From positions 1-24,159 of IMG/VR virus record IMGVR_UViG_3300036868_000006: a stretch of DNA of 24,159 bases. The stretch is one strand, 5' to 3'. A program made the translations under genes and the position numbers. Origin of the DNA: a virus (lineage: Duplodnaviria > Caudoviricetes). The notes under the pieces were generated by a model. That model searched no databases and had not been told where the DNA came from. It saw nothing but the letters and a program-made list of their open reading frames with translations. Below, piece by piece: positions 23,486-24,159 of the stretch; within the stretch, counting starts at the first letter, position 1; the number at the start of each line of letters is the position of its first letter.

Positions 23486-24159
23486 ATGGCGAAGAATGCG
23501 CGGCTTCTGGAACTTGGACCAGCGAACATCTATCTGTACCTGCGTCCTCGTGCTCACCTTCTGATCGATTCGTTGTTCCCGTACACCGATCCCGACTCGG
23601 GCGTGTACGTTCAGGCGTACAAGGGCGGCAACCTCGCTCCGGACCGGCCGGGCAACGCTATCACCATCGCGTTCGTGAACGACGGCCCGTCGCAGAGTTT
23701 GTCGGTGTCGGTGGCGACCTACGCGATCACGGTGCATCTGGCGACCGATCCGTACTCGGCGGTGACCAGCACGGCTGACGACGTGATCGAGGCTCTGACG
23801 AACAGCGACCAAGCGCGCGGTCTGATCACGGCTGCTCGCGAGGTTGGTGGCGACGGCACGGGTCTCGTGGACGTGTTCGCTACGACTCCGCTCGCGGGCG
23901 GCAGCGAGACCGGCGTGGCGACCGATGTCGGGTTCCTGGGCGATGCGGTGGCCTACCAGGTGACGACCGAGACTGCGAACCTCACGGGCGCGCAGACCGG
24001 CAACGTCCCGCAGAACAAGGTGGTCATCGGCGGCATGACGAAGGTGGTCATCCCGTTCAAGGAGATCAGCGTGGACAACCTGCGACTCGGGGTGCCGAGC
24101 GCGCGGCTCGTCGAGAACAGCGACCAGTCGAAGCGGCGCGTGGACTTCACCGTCGCGGT
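23486..24159 (+). CDS. Major tail (tube) protein with an inserted beta domain; 3' end truncated by the window
   Basis: Not in the ORF track because it has no stop. Open from ATG 23486 (AGGGAG SD) to the window end: MAKNARLLELGPANIY...DVGFLGDAVAYQVTTET...QTGNVP...KVVIPFKEISVDNL. Follows the tail terminator. Confidence 0.75.
   Translation, partial: MAKNARLLELGPANIYLYLRPRAHLLIDSLFPYTDPDSGVYVQAYKGGNLAPDRPGNAITIAFVNDGPSQSLSVSVATYAITVHLATDPYSAVTSTADDVIEALTNSDQARGLITAAREVGGDGTGLVDVFATTPLAGGSETGVATDVGFLGDAVAYQVTTETANLTGAQTGNVPQNKVVIGGMTKVVIPFKEISVDNLRLGVPSARLVENSDQSKRRVDFTVA

Noticed and set aside
1-24159. Many long minus-strand and alternate-frame ORFs (e.g. 17774..18988, 16710..17861, 4835..5905)
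   Set aside because: They are shadows of GC-rich + strand genes: Arg/His/Leu-rich, no recognisable motifs, and fully overlapping well-supported genes.

Overview
GC-rich segment of a tailed dsDNA phage or prophage. It is one + strand, tightly coupled head-to-tail morphogenesis operon. Order: three glycosyltransferases; a MuF/gpF-like minor head protein; a 1195-aa multidomain protein (2H phosphoesterase, ART-like, histidine phosphatase); three fibre/decoration-like genes; an acidic protein with a PI3/PI4K/HipA-like kinase domain; a 947-aa protein ending in an XkdF-type prohead protease; small head-module proteins; a Com-like zinc ribbon; scaffold; major capsid protein; decoration protein; head-tail adaptor; a membrane/lysis-like cassette; head closure; HK97 gp10-like protein; tail terminator; and a truncated tail tube gene. 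The most notable signal is a candidate virion-cargo system. Several head-module proteins look like polyproteins of unrelated enzyme domains separated by (hydrophobic)-x-Lys|small/acidic sites like those in the scaffold and capsid N-terminus. Four domains are preceded by a shared K|x(1-2)-[FW]-[DN]-...-PR-[DE]-...-G-[KR]-[FW]-Gly-rich tag. The hypothesis is that the head protease cuts these proteins into tagged effectors packaged in the capsid. All family assignments come from motifs read by eye; no database searches were run.
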